64,000 nucleotides of DNA from an uncultured Candidatus Saccharibacteria bacterium. GTDB taxonomy: Bacteria > Patescibacteriota > Minisyncoccia > Phycocordibacterales > PALSA-1337. The notes under the pieces were generated by a model. It was not told where the DNA came from. It ran no database searches and worked only from the letters and a program-made list of their open reading frames with translations. How positions within the stretch are numbered: the first letter of the stretch is position 1; every line of letters starts with the position of its first letter. The translations under genes were made by a program, and so were the position numbers. The stretch is from NCBI GenBank assembly GCA_964645315.1, contig CAZYBH010000003.1, positions 5,789-69,788 on the forward strand, given 5' to 3'. Shown one piece after another: positions 18,624-29,671 of this stretch.

Positions 18624-21326
18624 CTAACCCCTCAAATATTTTTTCAAATACTTACCAGTATAACTATTGGCATTCTTCGCCACATCCTCCGGCGTACCTC
18701 TGGCGACAATATTACCTCCTCTTTCACCGCCTTCAGGACCAATATCGATGATATAGTCGGCATTTTTGATCAAATCCAAATTGTGTTCGATAACTACTAC
18801 GGTATTACCTTTGTCTACGAGCTTAGTCAAAATTTCTATCAACTTCTTCACATCTTCATAATGCAAACCGACTGTCGGCTCATCAAGTAAATAAATAGTC
18901 TTTTGCAAATGTGCACGATAAAGCTCGGAAGAAATCTTGACTCTTTGGGCTTCACCACCGGAGAGTGTCGTAGCAGATTGACCGAGCTTGATATAGCCCA
19001 AACCGACATCCATAAGTGTCTGCAGACGATCCTCGACGGCCGGTATATCTTTGAAAAATTCCAAACCTTCTTCGATAGTCAATTCCAAAACTTCATGAAT
19101 ATTCTTTTTGCGATATTTAATATCCAAAGTCTCTTTCATGAAGCGTTTTCCATTACAAACATCACATGTGACATAGACCGTAGGCAGGAAGTGCATTTCG
19201 ACAGCTATCTCACCATTACCCTCGCAGGCTTCACAGCGACCACCAGGACGATTGAAAGAAAACCTGCTTGCTCCCCAACCACGCGCTCGAGCTTCGGGTT
19301 CGCTGGCAAAAAGATCGCGAATGTGAGTCCATGCGCCGGTATATGTAGCTGGATTTGATCTAGGAGTGCGTCCGATAGGAGACTGATCGATCAGTATTAC
19401 TCTGCCCAAATATTCTGAACCCGTGAATGTTTTGCAATTTACATTTTCATTGCTTCTTACTCTAGCCTCTAGTCTCTTTTGTAAATTTCTATACAAGATC
19501 TCATACATAAGAGACGATTTACCGGATCCCGAGACGCCAGTGATGACATTTAGACTGCCAAGAGGTATATCCGCATCGAGATTTTTTATATTGAATACAT
19601 TACCACCCCGAATAGAAATCTTACCTTTTGGTTGCCTTCTCTCATCTGGAATCGCAATCTTCGATTCACCTCTCAAATACGACAAAGTCAGTGAACCTGT
19701 ATGATTCTTTTTTGCTGTAAGAAGATCCTGCAAATAACCAGAAGCTACCACGCGCCCACCATGGACGCCCGCTCCTGGACCAATATCGACAATATAATCT
19801 GAAGCATACATAGTATCTTCATCATGTTCGACGACTACGATAGTATTGCCCAGATCGCGAAGCCTTATAAGAGTACTGATCAAACGATCATTGTCTCTTT
19901 GATGGAGACCGATAGTCGGTTCATCGAGGACATAGAGAGCGCCGACCAACCCTGAACCAAGTTGTGAGGCAAGACGGATGCGTTGAGCTTCACCTCCAGA
20001 TAGAGTGTGAGCACGACGATCAAGAGTGAGATATTCGATACCGACATTGACCATGAAATGTAATCGTTCCGTTATTTCTTTTAGGACAACTTTTGCAATC
20101 TCTTTTTCTACTGGACTAAGATTTATATTTTTGAAATATTCTTCGGCATTTTCGATTGACAATGAAGTCAAATTGACGATATTTTTGCCATCAATCAAAA
20201 CATTTAATGCCTCTTTGCGTAATCTTGCTCCATTACAAGTCTTACATGGATCATCAGAGAAAATAGTCTCCGTACCCAAACCATTACAAGCTTCGCAAGC
20301 ACCATAAGGTGAATTGAATGAGAATAATCTAGGTTCAATCTCTGGATACGAAAATCCATCGTAAGGACACATAAACTTCACCGACATGAGTTCGCCAGAG
20401 TAATCTTTGTTTTCGCTTGGATACTCGATGCGGATAAGTCCGTCCGCTTCATGAATTGCCCTTTCCAAAGATTCAGATAGACGCTCTTTTGCATTTTCTG
20501 CCATCTTGGCTTCTTCCTCCGTAACTTTATTTTTGCCATCTCCATTTCGGAATTCACTAATGAAAATCTCGTCTACCAACACCTCGATGTCATGTTTTTT
20601 ATTTTTGTCCAAAACAATGCGATCTCGAAGTCTAAATTCTTCTCCATCTATCCTTATCCTCTCATAACCTTTGCCGAGGAAGTCATATAGCATCTGATAA
20701 TATTCACCCTTACGACCCAGGACTACCGGAGCAAATATTCGCAATTTTGCATTGCTAATATCGACACCAAAAACCTTTTTGGCTTTTGTTGTTCTTTCAG
20801 TTATGGTCTCCAAAATTGTTCGCATTATCTCTTCTTTGGAAATTCGGTTTATAGGTCTATTACAAATAAGACAATGTGGCTTACCGACACGAGCATAGAG
20901 CACGCGGAGATAATCGTAAATCTCGGTAATAGTAGCTACTGTCGAGCGAGGATTATTTGATCGTGATTTTTGATCGATAGAAATAGCCGGCGAAAGTCCT
21001 GTGATCTCATCGACATCTGGCTTCTGCATCTTGTGAAGGAATTGGCGGGCATAGGCCGAAAGAGATTCGACATACCTGCGTTGCCCCTCTGCAAAAATAG
21101 TATCGAAAGCAAGAGAAGATTTGCCAGAACCAGAAAGTCCAGTGATAGCAATCATTTTGTTTCGAGGCATTTCGACGGTGATATTTTTGAGATTATGAGT
21201 TCGTGCACCCTTGACCACAATCTTGTCTTCTCGAGAAATATTGGCAGAGGCAGAATTGCGCATAGAGGAATATTCGCGTGCAACGGAATTTGAATTTTGA
21301 TTAGCTGTTTTTTTGCTTGATGACAT
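18624..21326 (-). CDS. uvrA: excinuclease ABC subunit A
   Basis: Two ABC cassettes ([26 protein letters not shown] twice) and zinc fingers. Confidence 0.97.
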   Translation of the reverse strand: MSSSKKTANQNSNSVAREYSSMRNSASANISREDKIVVKGARTHNLKNITVEMPRNKMIAITGLSGSGKSSLAFDTIFAEGQRRYVESLSAYARQFLHKMQKPDVDEITGLSPAISIDQKSRSNNPRSTVATITEIYDYLRVLYARVGKPHCLICNRPINRISKEEIMRTILETITERTTKAKKVFGVDISNAKLRIFAPVVLGRKGEYYQMLYDFLGKGYERIRIDGEEFRLRDRIVLDKNKKHDIEVLVDEIFISEFRNGDGKNKVTEEEAKMAENAKERLSESLERAIHEADGLIRIEYPSENKDYSGELMSVKFMCPYDGFSYPEIEPRLFSFNSPYGACEACNGLGTETIFSDDPCKTCNGARLRKEALNVLIDGKNIVNLTSLSIENAEEYFKNINLSPVEKEIAKVVLKEITERLHFMVNVGIEYLTLDRRAHTLSGGEAQRIRLASQLGSGLVGALYVLDEPTIGLHQRDNDRLISTLIRLRDLGNTIVVVEHDEDTMYASDYIVDIGPGAGVHGGRVVASGYLQDLLTAKKNHTGSLTLSYLRGESKIAIPDERRQPKGKISIRGGNVFNIKNLDADIPLGSLNVITGVSGSGKSSLMYEILYRNLQKRLEARVRSNENVNCKTFTGSEYLGRVILIDQSPIGRTPRSNPATYTGAWTHIRDLFASEPEARARGWGASRFSFNRPGGRCEACEGNGEIAVEMHFLPTVYVTCDVCNGKRFMKETLDIKYRKKNIHEVLELTIEEGLEFFKDIPAVEDRLQTLMDVGLGYIKLGQSATTLSGGEAQRVKISSELYRAHLQKTIYLLDEPTVGLHYEDVKKLIEILTKLVDKGNTVVVIEHNLDLIKNADYIIDIGPEGGERGGNIVARGTPEDVAKNANSYTGKYLKKYLRG

Positions 21327-21371
21327 AACTGGCGGATAATAGCACAAAAAAGCGCACTTGACGAGTCTCTT

Positions 21372-21422
21372 CGAGGCTTCACCTCGGGGGATTTATAAGT
21401 TTGCGAGGTTAAACCTCGCAAA
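21372..21422. repeat. paired short palindromes (GAKGT-N3-ACMTC family)
   Basis: CGAGGCTTCACCTCG and TTTGCGAGGTTAAACCTCGCAAA. Confidence 0.7.
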
Positions 21423-21442
21423 AAATATATAAAAGAAAACCC

Positions 21443-24124
21443 TTAGACTAGACCTCGAGAGAAATCTGGTACAACAACAGGACTTTCACCTTTTGAGCGT
21501 TTTTTGATGTCAAATGTAAACTTGTCATTTCGATAGTCAACGGTAATCCTACCTCCCTTCGAGACATCTTGGGCGATCAGATGATTTGCCACTGGTGTCA
21601 GGATCTTGGTCTGTATCAATCTACGCAAAGGTCTTGCTCCGTATTGAGGATTATAACCTTCTTTTGCCAAATATTCGTATACAGAAGGAGTGACTACAAG
21701 ATCGATTTGTTTGTCGGTCAATCTTCGGATGATTTCACCAACCTGTATCTCAACAATTTTCTTGATTGATTCAACATTCAAAATATCAAAGATAATTATA
21801 TCGTCTATACGATTTAGAAATTCTGGACGGAAATAATCCTTGAGAGCAGAATTGATCTTGCTCTTTGCTTCATCATAATTGTCTCGATCACGATTGTCGG
21901 TATTTGCGGCAAAACCCAATTTTTCCATTCTCTGAATATGTTGAGCGCCGATATTGGAAGTCATGATAATAACTGTATTTCGGAAATTGACTGTCCTTCC
22001 CTTGGAATCTGTAAGTTTTCCATTATCAAGAACCTGAAGGAGAATATTGAAAACTTCAGGATGAGCTTTTTCTATTTCATCAAAAAGAATAACAGAATAA
22101 GGTCGATGGCGGACCATTTCGGTCAAACCACCTGATTCATCAAATCCGACATAGCCTGGAGGAGCACCGATCAATTTTGATACGGAATGCTTTTCCATAA
22201 ATTCGGACATATCGACTCTGATCAAAGCTTTTTCATCATTGAATAGAAATTCTGCCAAAGCTTTGGTTAATTCTGTTTTACCGACACCGGTAGGACCGAG
22301 GAAGATAAATGAGCCAATCGGACGATTTGGGTCGGCAATACCAGCTCTCGAACGTCTGATTGTATCTGCGATCTTCTGGACAGCTTCATTTTGACCGACT
22401 ACCCTCTTTTCCAATTCGGCTTCCATCCTTGTAAGCTTGATCGCTTCTGACTCAAGCATCCTTGTGACAGGTATACCTGTCCAACGCGAGACCACATCCG
22501 CTATGTCTTCTGATGTTATCTCTTCTTTTAGAATTCTCCTCGACGCTTGTAGTTTCCTCAAGCGCTTGTTTTTGGTCTCTAACTCTTTTTCTAGACTTGG
22601 AATTTTGCCATAACGAATCTCTGCTGCTCTTGCAAGATCGGAACGAGCTTCTGCCGCTTCTCCTTCTATCCTTATCGCTTCCAATTCTTTTTTGAGTTTC
22701 TTGATACTTGCTATGGTTTCCTTTTCATTTTTCCATTTCAATTCGAGTTCGCTAGTACCTTCCTTTAGGTCTGCGATCTCTTTTTCGATCGCTTGCATTC
22801 TTGCTTTAGCGACTTTGTCACTTTCTTTCTTCAATGCTTCACGCTCAATCTCCAAACGCATAATCTTGCGTCTGGTCTCTTCAAGCTGTGGTGGCATATT
22901 CTCAAGTGAAATCCTGAGAGAAGAAGAAGCTTCGTCTATAAGATCTACTACTTTGTCTGGAAGAAATCTGTCAGCTATATAGCGACTTGCAAGATTGACG
23001 GCCGAAACAATCGCATCATCTGTGATCCTGACACCATGATAAAGCTCGTATTTTTCTTTGAGACCACGCAAGATAGCTATAGCATCCTCGACGCTTGGTT
23101 CATTGACATGGACTGGTTGGAATCTTCTTGTAAGCGCTGGGTCCTTCTCAATATGCTTTTGATATTCTTTGAGTGTAGTCGCTCCGATTGCTCGCAACTC
23201 ACCTCGAGCCAAAGCTGGTTTTAGCATATTTGAAGCGTCCATAGAACCTTCCGATGCACCAGCACCGACAAGAGTATGGATCTCATCTATAAATAAAATA
23301 ATCTTGCCTTCTGATTTTTCTACTTCTTTCAAAATGTTTTTGAGTCTTTCTTCGAATTCTCCGCGATATTTTGTCCCTGCAATAAGAGAACCGAGATCAA
23401 GCGAAACAAGCTCTTTATCCTTCAATGATTCTGGCACATCACCTTGAGCCATACGGATCGCCAAACCTTCGACAATAGCAGTCTTACCTACACCGGCTTC
23501 ACCGATAAGGATCGGATTGTTCTTTGTGCGTCTTGAGAGTATCTGAATAATGCGCATGATTTCAGAATCGCGACCGATCACTGGATCGAGTTTATTTTCG
23601 TGAGCGAGCTTGGTAAGCGATCGTGCATATTTGAATAATGTGCGGAATTTTTTTGGTTCGGCACCTTTTGCATTTGGATTGGCTTTGATCTCATCGATAA
23701 CTTTCGAAACCGCTTGTCTCTCGATCTTGAAACGGGCAAGAATGTCTTTTGCACTACAAGGCACATCGAATATCGACAAGAAAATGTGTTCGGTAGATAT
23801 AAATTCATCTTTGAAACTTGAAGCGATCTTGACCGAATTGTCCAAAATCTGAGCTAGATCTGGAGTGAGATAGATCTGGTATGAAGGTGATAAGACATTG
23901 GAACCCTCGGGTGATTCGATATTTTCCAAGACAACATCGATAAGCATCGGGGTATCGATCTCCAACTTATCCAAAATAGAAGCAACCATGCTTTCCTCCT
24001 GCAACACCAAAGCACAAAGCAAGTGAATAGGATTTACATGGTTTTGTCCCCTTTCTATGGCCAATTCATGGGCTCTCCTGAGCGCTTCTTTGGCTTTTGT
24101 AGTCAGTTTATTCAATGGAGGCAT
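21443..24124 (-). CDS. clpB: ATP-dependent chaperone ClpB
   Basis: Two AAA+ domains ([16 protein letters not shown]) with a long coiled-coil middle domain. Confidence 0.95.
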   Translation of the reverse strand: MPPLNKLTTKAKEALRRAHELAIERGQNHVNPIHLLCALVLQEESMVASILDKLEIDTPMLIDVVLENIESPEGSNVLSPSYQIYLTPDLAQILDNSVKIASSFKDEFISTEHIFLSIFDVPCSAKDILARFKIERQAVSKVIDEIKANPNAKGAEPKKFRTLFKYARSLTKLAHENKLDPVIGRDSEIMRIIQILSRRTKNNPILIGEAGVGKTAIVEGLAIRMAQGDVPESLKDKELVSLDLGSLIAGTKYRGEFEERLKNILKEVEKSEGKIILFIDEIHTLVGAGASEGSMDASNMLKPALARGELRAIGATTLKEYQKHIEKDPALTRRFQPVHVNEPSVEDAIAILRGLKEKYELYHGVRITDDAIVSAVNLASRYIADRFLPDKVVDLIDEASSSLRISLENMPPQLEETRRKIMRLEIEREALKKESDKVAKARMQAIEKEIADLKEGTSELELKWKNEKETIASIKKLKKELEAIRIEGEAAEARSDLARAAEIRYGKIPSLEKELETKNKRLRKLQASRRILKEEITSEDIADVVSRWTGIPVTRMLESEAIKLTRMEAELEKRVVGQNEAVQKIADTIRRSRAGIADPNRPIGSFIFLGPTGVGKTELTKALAEFLFNDEKALIRVDMSEFMEKHSVSKLIGAPPGYVGFDESGGLTEMVRHRPYSVILFDEIEKAHPEVFNILLQVLDNGKLTDSKGRTVNFRNTVIIMTSNIGAQHIQRMEKLGFAANTDNRDRDNYDEAKSKINSALKDYFRPEFLNRIDDIIIFDILNVESIKKIVEIQVGEIIRRLTDKQIDLVVTPSVYEYLAKEGYNPQYGARPLRRLIQTKILTPVANHLIAQDVSKGGRITVDYRNDKFTFDIKKRSKGESPVVVPDFSRGLV

Positions 24125-24165
24125 AACAACATACTAATACAGAAATATAGCCATAGTCAATCTGC

Positions 24166-24221
24166 CCCGAGGTGAAACATCGGGTGTTCTATGTTCTATT
24201 GAGAGGTTAAACCTCACAAAG
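24166..24221. repeat. paired short palindromes (same family)
   Basis: CCCGAGGTGAAACATCGGG and GAGGTTAAACCTCACAAAG. Confidence 0.7.
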
Positions 24222-25457
24222 TTAGCTAAAAGAAATTTTCTTCATCTCAACCTTCCCAGTCCTACGATCTTTGACTTCATATGAATCATCCTTTAGAGTT
24301 TTGTCGCTAATGACATAGCGCACTGGAATACCAATAAGGTCTGAATCGCCAAATTTCTCACCAGCACTGCAATCCCTATCATCATACAAAACCTCGATAT
24401 TTTGCGACGATAATCTGGCATACATTTCATCGGCAACTTTTTTGACTTCACCATTTTCATTGAACAAAGCTACAAGATGTACAGCAAATGGAGCGATATT
24501 GTCAGGCCAGACCAGGCCTTTTTCGTCAGACCAGATCTCCGCCACTGTACCCATGAGGCGTGCAGGACCGATACCATAGCTTCCCATTATTACCGGTTTA
24601 TTTTTGCCGTCTTGATCTTTGAAATTTAGACCGATCGCATCTGAAAATTTTGTCCCGAGACTAAAGATATTTCCCACTTCAACGGCTTTGCGTTCGACAA
24701 GATCTTCCCTCTTTATACCCAAATCTTGCAAGACTTCATCTTTCAAAACTTCCTTATTGACAGCAATCTTCTTGCCTTCATGCAAATATATAGTATCTTC
24801 ACCTGCATCAGTCACCGCCTGAAATTCGTGAGAATATTTGGAAAATGAACCTCCAGCAGCAAATGTCACATAAGTCTCAGCCCCCAAACCACAACGATCA
24901 AATATTCTGATATAAGCCTTCTTGGCTTGCTCATAAAATTCTAGATGAGAGGCTTCGTCAACATTGAAAGAATACAAATCTTTCATGATGAACTCTCTTG
25001 AACGCATAATCCCAGACTTGGCACGTTCTTCATTTCGAAATTTTGTCTGAAATTGGTAAACGGCGCGAGGTAGGTCTCGGAATGATCTCACATGATCGCG
25101 CATAAGGGCTGTAAGTGGCTCTTCGTGAGTAAAAGCTAGACCGAGCTCAGTGCCATTTTTGAGCTTGGTGCGAAACCAATTGTCTACCACCTCTTCACTC
25201 CATCTACCACTCTTTTCCCAATTTGTCTTTTCTTGTAATGCAGTAAGGAAGACTTCGACACCGCCGATAGAATTCATCTCTTCTCTTATGATGGCAATAA
25301 TTTTGTTTAGGGTGCGGAGACCAAGCGGAAGCATAGAATAGACTCCCGCCATTTCTTTGTGAATAAAACCAGCTCGAATGAGTAATTGAGCATTCTTAGC
25401 CACCTCGTCTTTTGGTCCTTCGCGTCTCGTCTTGGTAAATAATTGACTTTGTTTCAT
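24222..25457 (-). CDS. proS: proline--tRNA ligase (short form, no full INS editing domain)
   Basis: QTKFRNEERAKSGIMRSREFIMKDLYSF, GSYGIG, anticodon-binding domain. Confidence 0.93.
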   Translation of the reverse strand: MKQSQLFTKTRREGPKDEVAKNAQLLIRAGFIHKEMAGVYSMLPLGLRTLNKIIAIIREEMNSIGGVEVFLTALQEKTNWEKSGRWSEEVVDNWFRTKLKNGTELGLAFTHEEPLTALMRDHVRSFRDLPRAVYQFQTKFRNEERAKSGIMRSREFIMKDLYSFNVDEASHLEFYEQAKKAYIRIFDRCGLGAETYVTFAAGGSFSKYSHEFQAVTDAGEDTIYLHEGKKIAVNKEVLKDEVLQDLGIKREDLVERKAVEVGNIFSLGTKFSDAIGLNFKDQDGKNKPVIMGSYGIGPARLMGTVAEIWSDEKGLVWPDNIAPFAVHLVALFNENGEVKKVADEMYARLSSQNIEVLYDDRDCSAGEKFGDSDLIGIPVRYVISDKTLKDDSYEVKDRRTGKVEMKKISFS

Positions 25458-25468
25458 TTGAATAATAC

Positions 25469-26557
25469 TTACTTGAGTATTTTAACAATATCTTTGTAAG
25501 TTACAATAATCATTAATAGCATAAGCAAAACAAAACCGACAGTGTTGATAGAATTCGCATAGATCGGTTTTATTTTGCGTCTGGTAACGCTCTCTATAAT
25601 TACAAACAAAACTCTACCTCCATCAAGAGCTGGAAATGGTATAAGATTGATGACACCAAGATTGATCGAGATGAGAGCGGTGATCATAAGTAAATATGCC
25701 ATACCGAGACCGGCCGCATCTCCTACAATACCAGCAATACCTACTGGACCCGAGACATCAGAGAAATTTGCTTGGCCTCGAAATATATTGCCAAAAAAAT
25801 CATACAAACCAAATACCGTCTCTTTCATCATAAAATAAGTATAATAGCCACCCTCATAAATCGCAGAATATATAGGTAATCGTATATCGACTGTATCGCT
25901 CATCGCTATACCGATAGCATATTTGTCACTGACAATGCCTTTTTCTGGTATAGCACTAGTCTCAAGATCTTGACCCTGGCGAGTGTAAGCAATCTTCAGA
26001 GGTTTGGCAGTGCCATTATTTATCACCGATTGTATATCTTCTATTTTGGAATTTTTGGGATCTTCTATATATCTTATTGTGTCACCAATCCTAAGTCCGG
26101 CTTTTTGGGCAGGAGAATCTGGCGTGACAATAGTGATCATCACTCGCTCGTTTTTGAAATTTTCTTTGTATTGCTCGAAGCCATCTTTTGTCGCGGTGAC
26201 TCCGATACTAAATACAAGTGCATATAGCAACCAAGCAAAGAGAAAATTGAACAGTACACCAGCGACCAAAACGGAGACTTGTTGCCACGGCTTCTTGTTT
26301 ACGAAACTTCTACCGTGATCTCTACCGCTAATTGATTCGTCATCGGGATTTTCGCCATGAATTTTGACATAACCGCCAAATGGTATGAGATTTACACCGT
26401 ACTTTGTCTCACCTCTCTGCCAAGAAAACAGTCGTGGACCAAAGCCAATCTTGAATTCATCTACTCTAATTTTGTTCCACAAGGCAAAAAGAAAGTGTCC
26501 CAATTCATGGACGAATATAAGTACCGCAAGAACTATAATAAATATTAGAACTGTCAT
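25469..26557 (-). CDS. rseP: RIP metalloprotease RseP (M50, PDZ)
   Basis: HELGH and NLIPFPALDGG. Confidence 0.93.
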   Translation of the reverse strand: MTVLIFIIVLAVLIFVHELGHFLFALWNKIRVDEFKIGFGPRLFSWQRGETKYGVNLIPFGGYVKIHGENPDDESISGRDHGRSFVNKKPWQQVSVLVAGVLFNFLFAWLLYALVFSIGVTATKDGFEQYKENFKNERVMITIVTPDSPAQKAGLRIGDTIRYIEDPKNSKIEDIQSVINNGTAKPLKIAYTRQGQDLETSAIPEKGIVSDKYAIGIAMSDTVDIRLPIYSAIYEGGYYTYFMMKETVFGLYDFFGNIFRGQANFSDVSGPVGIAGIVGDAAGLGMAYLLMITALISINLGVINLIPFPALDGGRVLFVIIESVTRRKIKPIYANSINTVGFVLLMLLMIIVTYKDIVKILK

Positions 26558-26558
26558 T

Positions 26559-27110
26559 TTAACCTAGGATTTCTTTTTCTTTTTTGGAATAATGGTCGTC
26601 GAGCTTCTTATTTGTATCATCGACGAGCTTTTGGGTATCGTTTTTGAGACGGAAGATCTCATCCTTGCCATAACCACCATCCTTCTCCTTGTTCTGTAGA
26701 TCTTTGATAATCGAATCGCGATGACCCCTGACTTGCTTCTTTGCTTCTTCAAGTCTATCTTTTGCAGTCTTGGCAATGTCTTTGCGTCTATCTGCGGTAA
26801 GTTCTGGGAAATTGATCCTCAATCCCTGATCATCGACGACGACAGATAGACCGAGATTTGCTACTGTAATGGCCTTTTCGATGTCTTTTGATTGACTTTT
26901 GTCCCAAGGAACAATCCTCAATGTCCTAGCACCTTCGATAGTGACGCTTGCGAGCTCTTTGAGTGACATCGGCGCACCATAGACTTCGACTTTGACCCCA
27001 TCAAGTATCTGAGGTGAAGCCTGTCCAGTCCTTATCTGAGAAAACTCCTTTTTGAGCCAATCTTCGGCACCTGCTAGCTGTTTTTTGAATGGGTTGAAAT
27101 CGTATGCCAT
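26559..27110 (-). CDS. frr: ribosome recycling factor
   Basis: IRTGQASP, PELTADRRKD, KEKEIL. Confidence 0.95.
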   Translation of the reverse strand: MAYDFNPFKKQLAGAEDWLKKEFSQIRTGQASPQILDGVKVEVYGAPMSLKELASVTIEGARTLRIVPWDKSQSKDIEKAITVANLGLSVVVDDQGLRINFPELTADRRKDIAKTAKDRLEEAKKQVRGHRDSIIKDLQNKEKDGGYGKDEIFRLKNDTQKLVDDTNKKLDDHYSKKEKEILG

Positions 27111-27212
27111 ATATTTTATTTAATGATAATGTAACTATAGTATATCACAAGAATGAATTATCAAGTTTTTATTTGAACCTAAGCTGAATTTGTTATTTTT
27201 ATTTGACCAGAC

Positions 27213-27379
27213 TTGACCCAAGAGGAGGTGTGTTTTTTATTTTTTTGTGACAACGAGTTATGCGATTGGTGCGTCAGTCTACTAAACATTCAGGCAGAAG
27301 ATTGTTTGCATACCAAGAACTCGGATGAGTAATACGCAGTTGCACAAAAAAATAAAAAACACACCTCCTCTTGGGTCAA
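27213..27379. repeat. 167-bp element with perfect 37-bp terminal inverted repeats (MITE-like or structured RNA)
   Basis: 27213-27249 is the exact reverse complement of 27343-27379. Confidence 0.8.
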
Positions 27380-27402
27380 TCAATAGTATTGCAAAATGTA
27401 AG

Positions 27403-28092
27403 TTAAATGCTCAAAGCTAAATATTCCAAAAGCATTTTTAGCGATGGTGCTCGGTCATTTATATAACGATTGACTATACTAATATTTTCCAACTTCTTAG
27501 CATTTGCAACCAATTTATTTTCATTATGTAAGATCTCTTCCAATCTTTGGACAAATAGAATTGCATAATGTTTGGATATTTTGTCCTTCGAAATATCATC
27601 ACAAATCTTTTTTACCATCTCCAATCTTTTTGCCTTATTTTGCTTAATAAATTTTGTAACCAAATCAGTCAATTCGACTTCATTACTTTCCACATCCCGA
27701 TCATATTCCAAAAAATATAACCTCGATCGCACTGTAGGCAAAAGCAATCCAGCACTCGGTACAACTATGAAAAAGTGAGCATAGCCCGCGGGTTCTTCCA
27801 ATAGTTTGAGTAAAGCATTTTGCGCTTCCACTGTAATATTTTGAAAAAATAAAATAAAAATCTTTTTTGAATTTACTCCGATAGGCTTAGTTTCATGAAG
27901 ATTTTTGATATGTCTAGCGTCATCGATAGTGAAATTTTCGTATTTATTTGAAATAAAATCCGGATTTCCTTCTTTTTTAATTTCAAAATCACTGACCAAA
28001 ACCTGACAGAGCAAATCTACACTAGACTCATCCCCAATAAGTCCGTATGAATTTAATTCTAAATTATTCAGTTCTAATTTTATCTTTTGCAT
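27403..28092 (-). CDS. holB: DNA polymerase III delta' -like subunit
   Basis: EAQNALLKLLEEP and LLPTVRSR motifs; shortened. Confidence 0.75.
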   Translation of the reverse strand: MQKIKLELNNLELNSYGLIGDESSVDLLCQVLVSDFEIKKEGNPDFISNKYENFTIDDARHIKNLHETKPIGVNSKKIFILFFQNITVEAQNALLKLLEEPAGYAHFFIVVPSAGLLLPTVRSRLYFLEYDRDVESNEVELTDLVTKFIKQNKAKRLEMVKKICDDISKDKISKHYAILFVQRLEEILHNENKLVANAKKLENISIVNRYINDRAPSLKMLLEYLALSI

Positions 28093-28105
28093 AGGCGTAG
28101 GAGGG

Positions 28106-29119
28106 TTACCTCTTAGAAATCATCGCCTTCTTATATACATCCAAATGCTCAAGTGCTATACCCGTACCCTTGACCACGCAATATAGAGGCTCTTCTGCAA
28201 GCTTAGCTTTGACTCCCGTCCTACGGAAAACTAATTCTGGTAAATTTCTAAGCATAGAAGATCCGCCAGTGAGAGTGATGCCCTGATCTATTATATCAGC
28301 CGCCAACTCTGGCGGTGTATCTTGCAAAACATCACGAATAGCCTTGATCATATCCCGAAGCGGATTTGCCAAAGCTTTGACTATCTCATTTGTCTTGATC
28401 TCTACAGATCTTGGCAGACCGGAGATATAATCACGTCCTTTGACCATCATACCCAACTCTTGGTCGAGCGGTACCGCCGAACCTATCTCAATCTTGATGA
28501 TTTCGGACATATGATCTCCGATAGCCAAATTAAAATTCTTTTTGATGTAATCTGCAATAGCTAAGTCCATTTTGTTTCCCGCGCATTTGACCGACGTCGA
28601 AGAGACTATACCTCCAAGAGATATCACCGCCACATCAGTCGTACCGCCACCGATATCGACGACCATATGACCCCGCGCCTCATTGATCGGTATACCGGCA
28701 CCGATCGCCGCAAGGACCGGCTCTTTGACTACATAAGCGTTTTTTGCTCCGGCTTTGATAGTGGCTTCGATGACCGCCCTTCTCTCGGTCGAACTTATGC
28801 CAGCTGGTACAGATACGATAATATCAGGACGAAAAAATGAATACTTACCCAAAGCCTTATCTATGAAATATCTAAGCATTGCCTCTGTGATGTGATAATC
28901 AGCGATCACTCCATCGCGCATCGGACGATAGGCGATGATATCATCTGGAGTCCTTCCGATCATTTCCTTGGCCTCATTGCCCACTGCCAAGACTTTTTTT
29001 TCGGTCTCGGAGATAGCGACCACAGAAGGCTCATTGAGGACTATGCCTTTCTTGGGAACGTAGACAAGGGTATTTGCCGTACCCAAATCGATTCCAAGTT
29101 TTGGAGAAAAAAAGCTCAT
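28106..29119 (-). CDS. mreB: rod shape-determining protein MreB
   Basis: GIDLGTANT, EPSVVA, VDIGGGTT, LTGGSSML. Confidence 0.96.
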   Translation of the reverse strand: MSFFSPKLGIDLGTANTLVYVPKKGIVLNEPSVVAISETEKKVLAVGNEAKEMIGRTPDDIIAYRPMRDGVIADYHITEAMLRYFIDKALGKYSFFRPDIIVSVPAGISSTERRAVIEATIKAGAKNAYVVKEPVLAAIGAGIPINEARGHMVVDIGGGTTDVAVISLGGIVSSTSVKCAGNKMDLAIADYIKKNFNLAIGDHMSEIIKIEIGSAVPLDQELGMMVKGRDYISGLPRSVEIKTNEIVKALANPLRDMIKAIRDVLQDTPPELAADIIDQGITLTGGSSMLRNLPELVFRRTGVKAKLAEEPLYCVVKGTGIALEHLDVYKKAMISKR

Positions 29120-29221
29120 AGGGTGATGTTATCATACATTTACCTTGGTGCAATATGGACAGAACCGAGAAATATTAAGAAATTGACCAAATTAAAATTT
29201 AGGAGTATTTTTGATAAAGAT

Positions 29222-29473
29222 ATGAATATTCACTTCGACCCAGCACTTATCGTCTGTGCTTTGATCCTGATCTTCATGGTATTGTACCTCCGAAACAGGA
29301 TCTCTGGCACGAAGCCGACGAAAGAAGACTTCGGTTTGGAAATCGAGATAGCGATCATGAGTGCGCTTCTCAATCTGACACTCTTACTTCTCATTGCCAC
29401 CATCGTGGCTATGTTCATCAACCAAGACCCCGCCATCCGGCGGTGGTTTTTGTTGTTGAAAAGTTTTTACTAG
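29222..29473 (+). CDS. small membrane protein (orphan)
   Basis: 3' part of ORF 28892..29473 from MNIHFDP; two hydrophobic segments. Confidence 0.55.
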   Translation: MNIHFDPALIVCALILIFMVLYLRNRISGTKPTKEDFGLEIEIAIMSALLNLTLLLLIATIVAMFINQDPAIRRWFLLLKSFY

Positions 29474-29486
29474 CGCTTATTTAAGC

Positions 29487-29671
29487 GTAGAACCGGATAA
29501 ATAGTTCACTAAACAAAAGTCTCGAAGCACACCTATTCTGAGAGGCTCCGCAGAAATTTTTAGCAAAAAATTTCGAGGATTAAGCAAAAACTCTGCAGAG
29601 TTTTTGCGGCCTCGAGGAATAGGTGTGCGGAGAGATTTTTGTCTAAAAAATAACTATTCAGAAGGTTCTAC
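29487..29671. repeat. 185-bp nested inverted-repeat (Y-shaped) element
   Basis: Five nested stems enclosing two hairpins, one a perfect 24-bp palindrome. Confidence 0.75.

Noticed and set aside
27213-27379. Long hairpin as 6S RNA
   Set aside because: A perfect 37-bp closing stem with long A/T runs and no evident central bubble is atypical. It cannot be supported without a covariance model.
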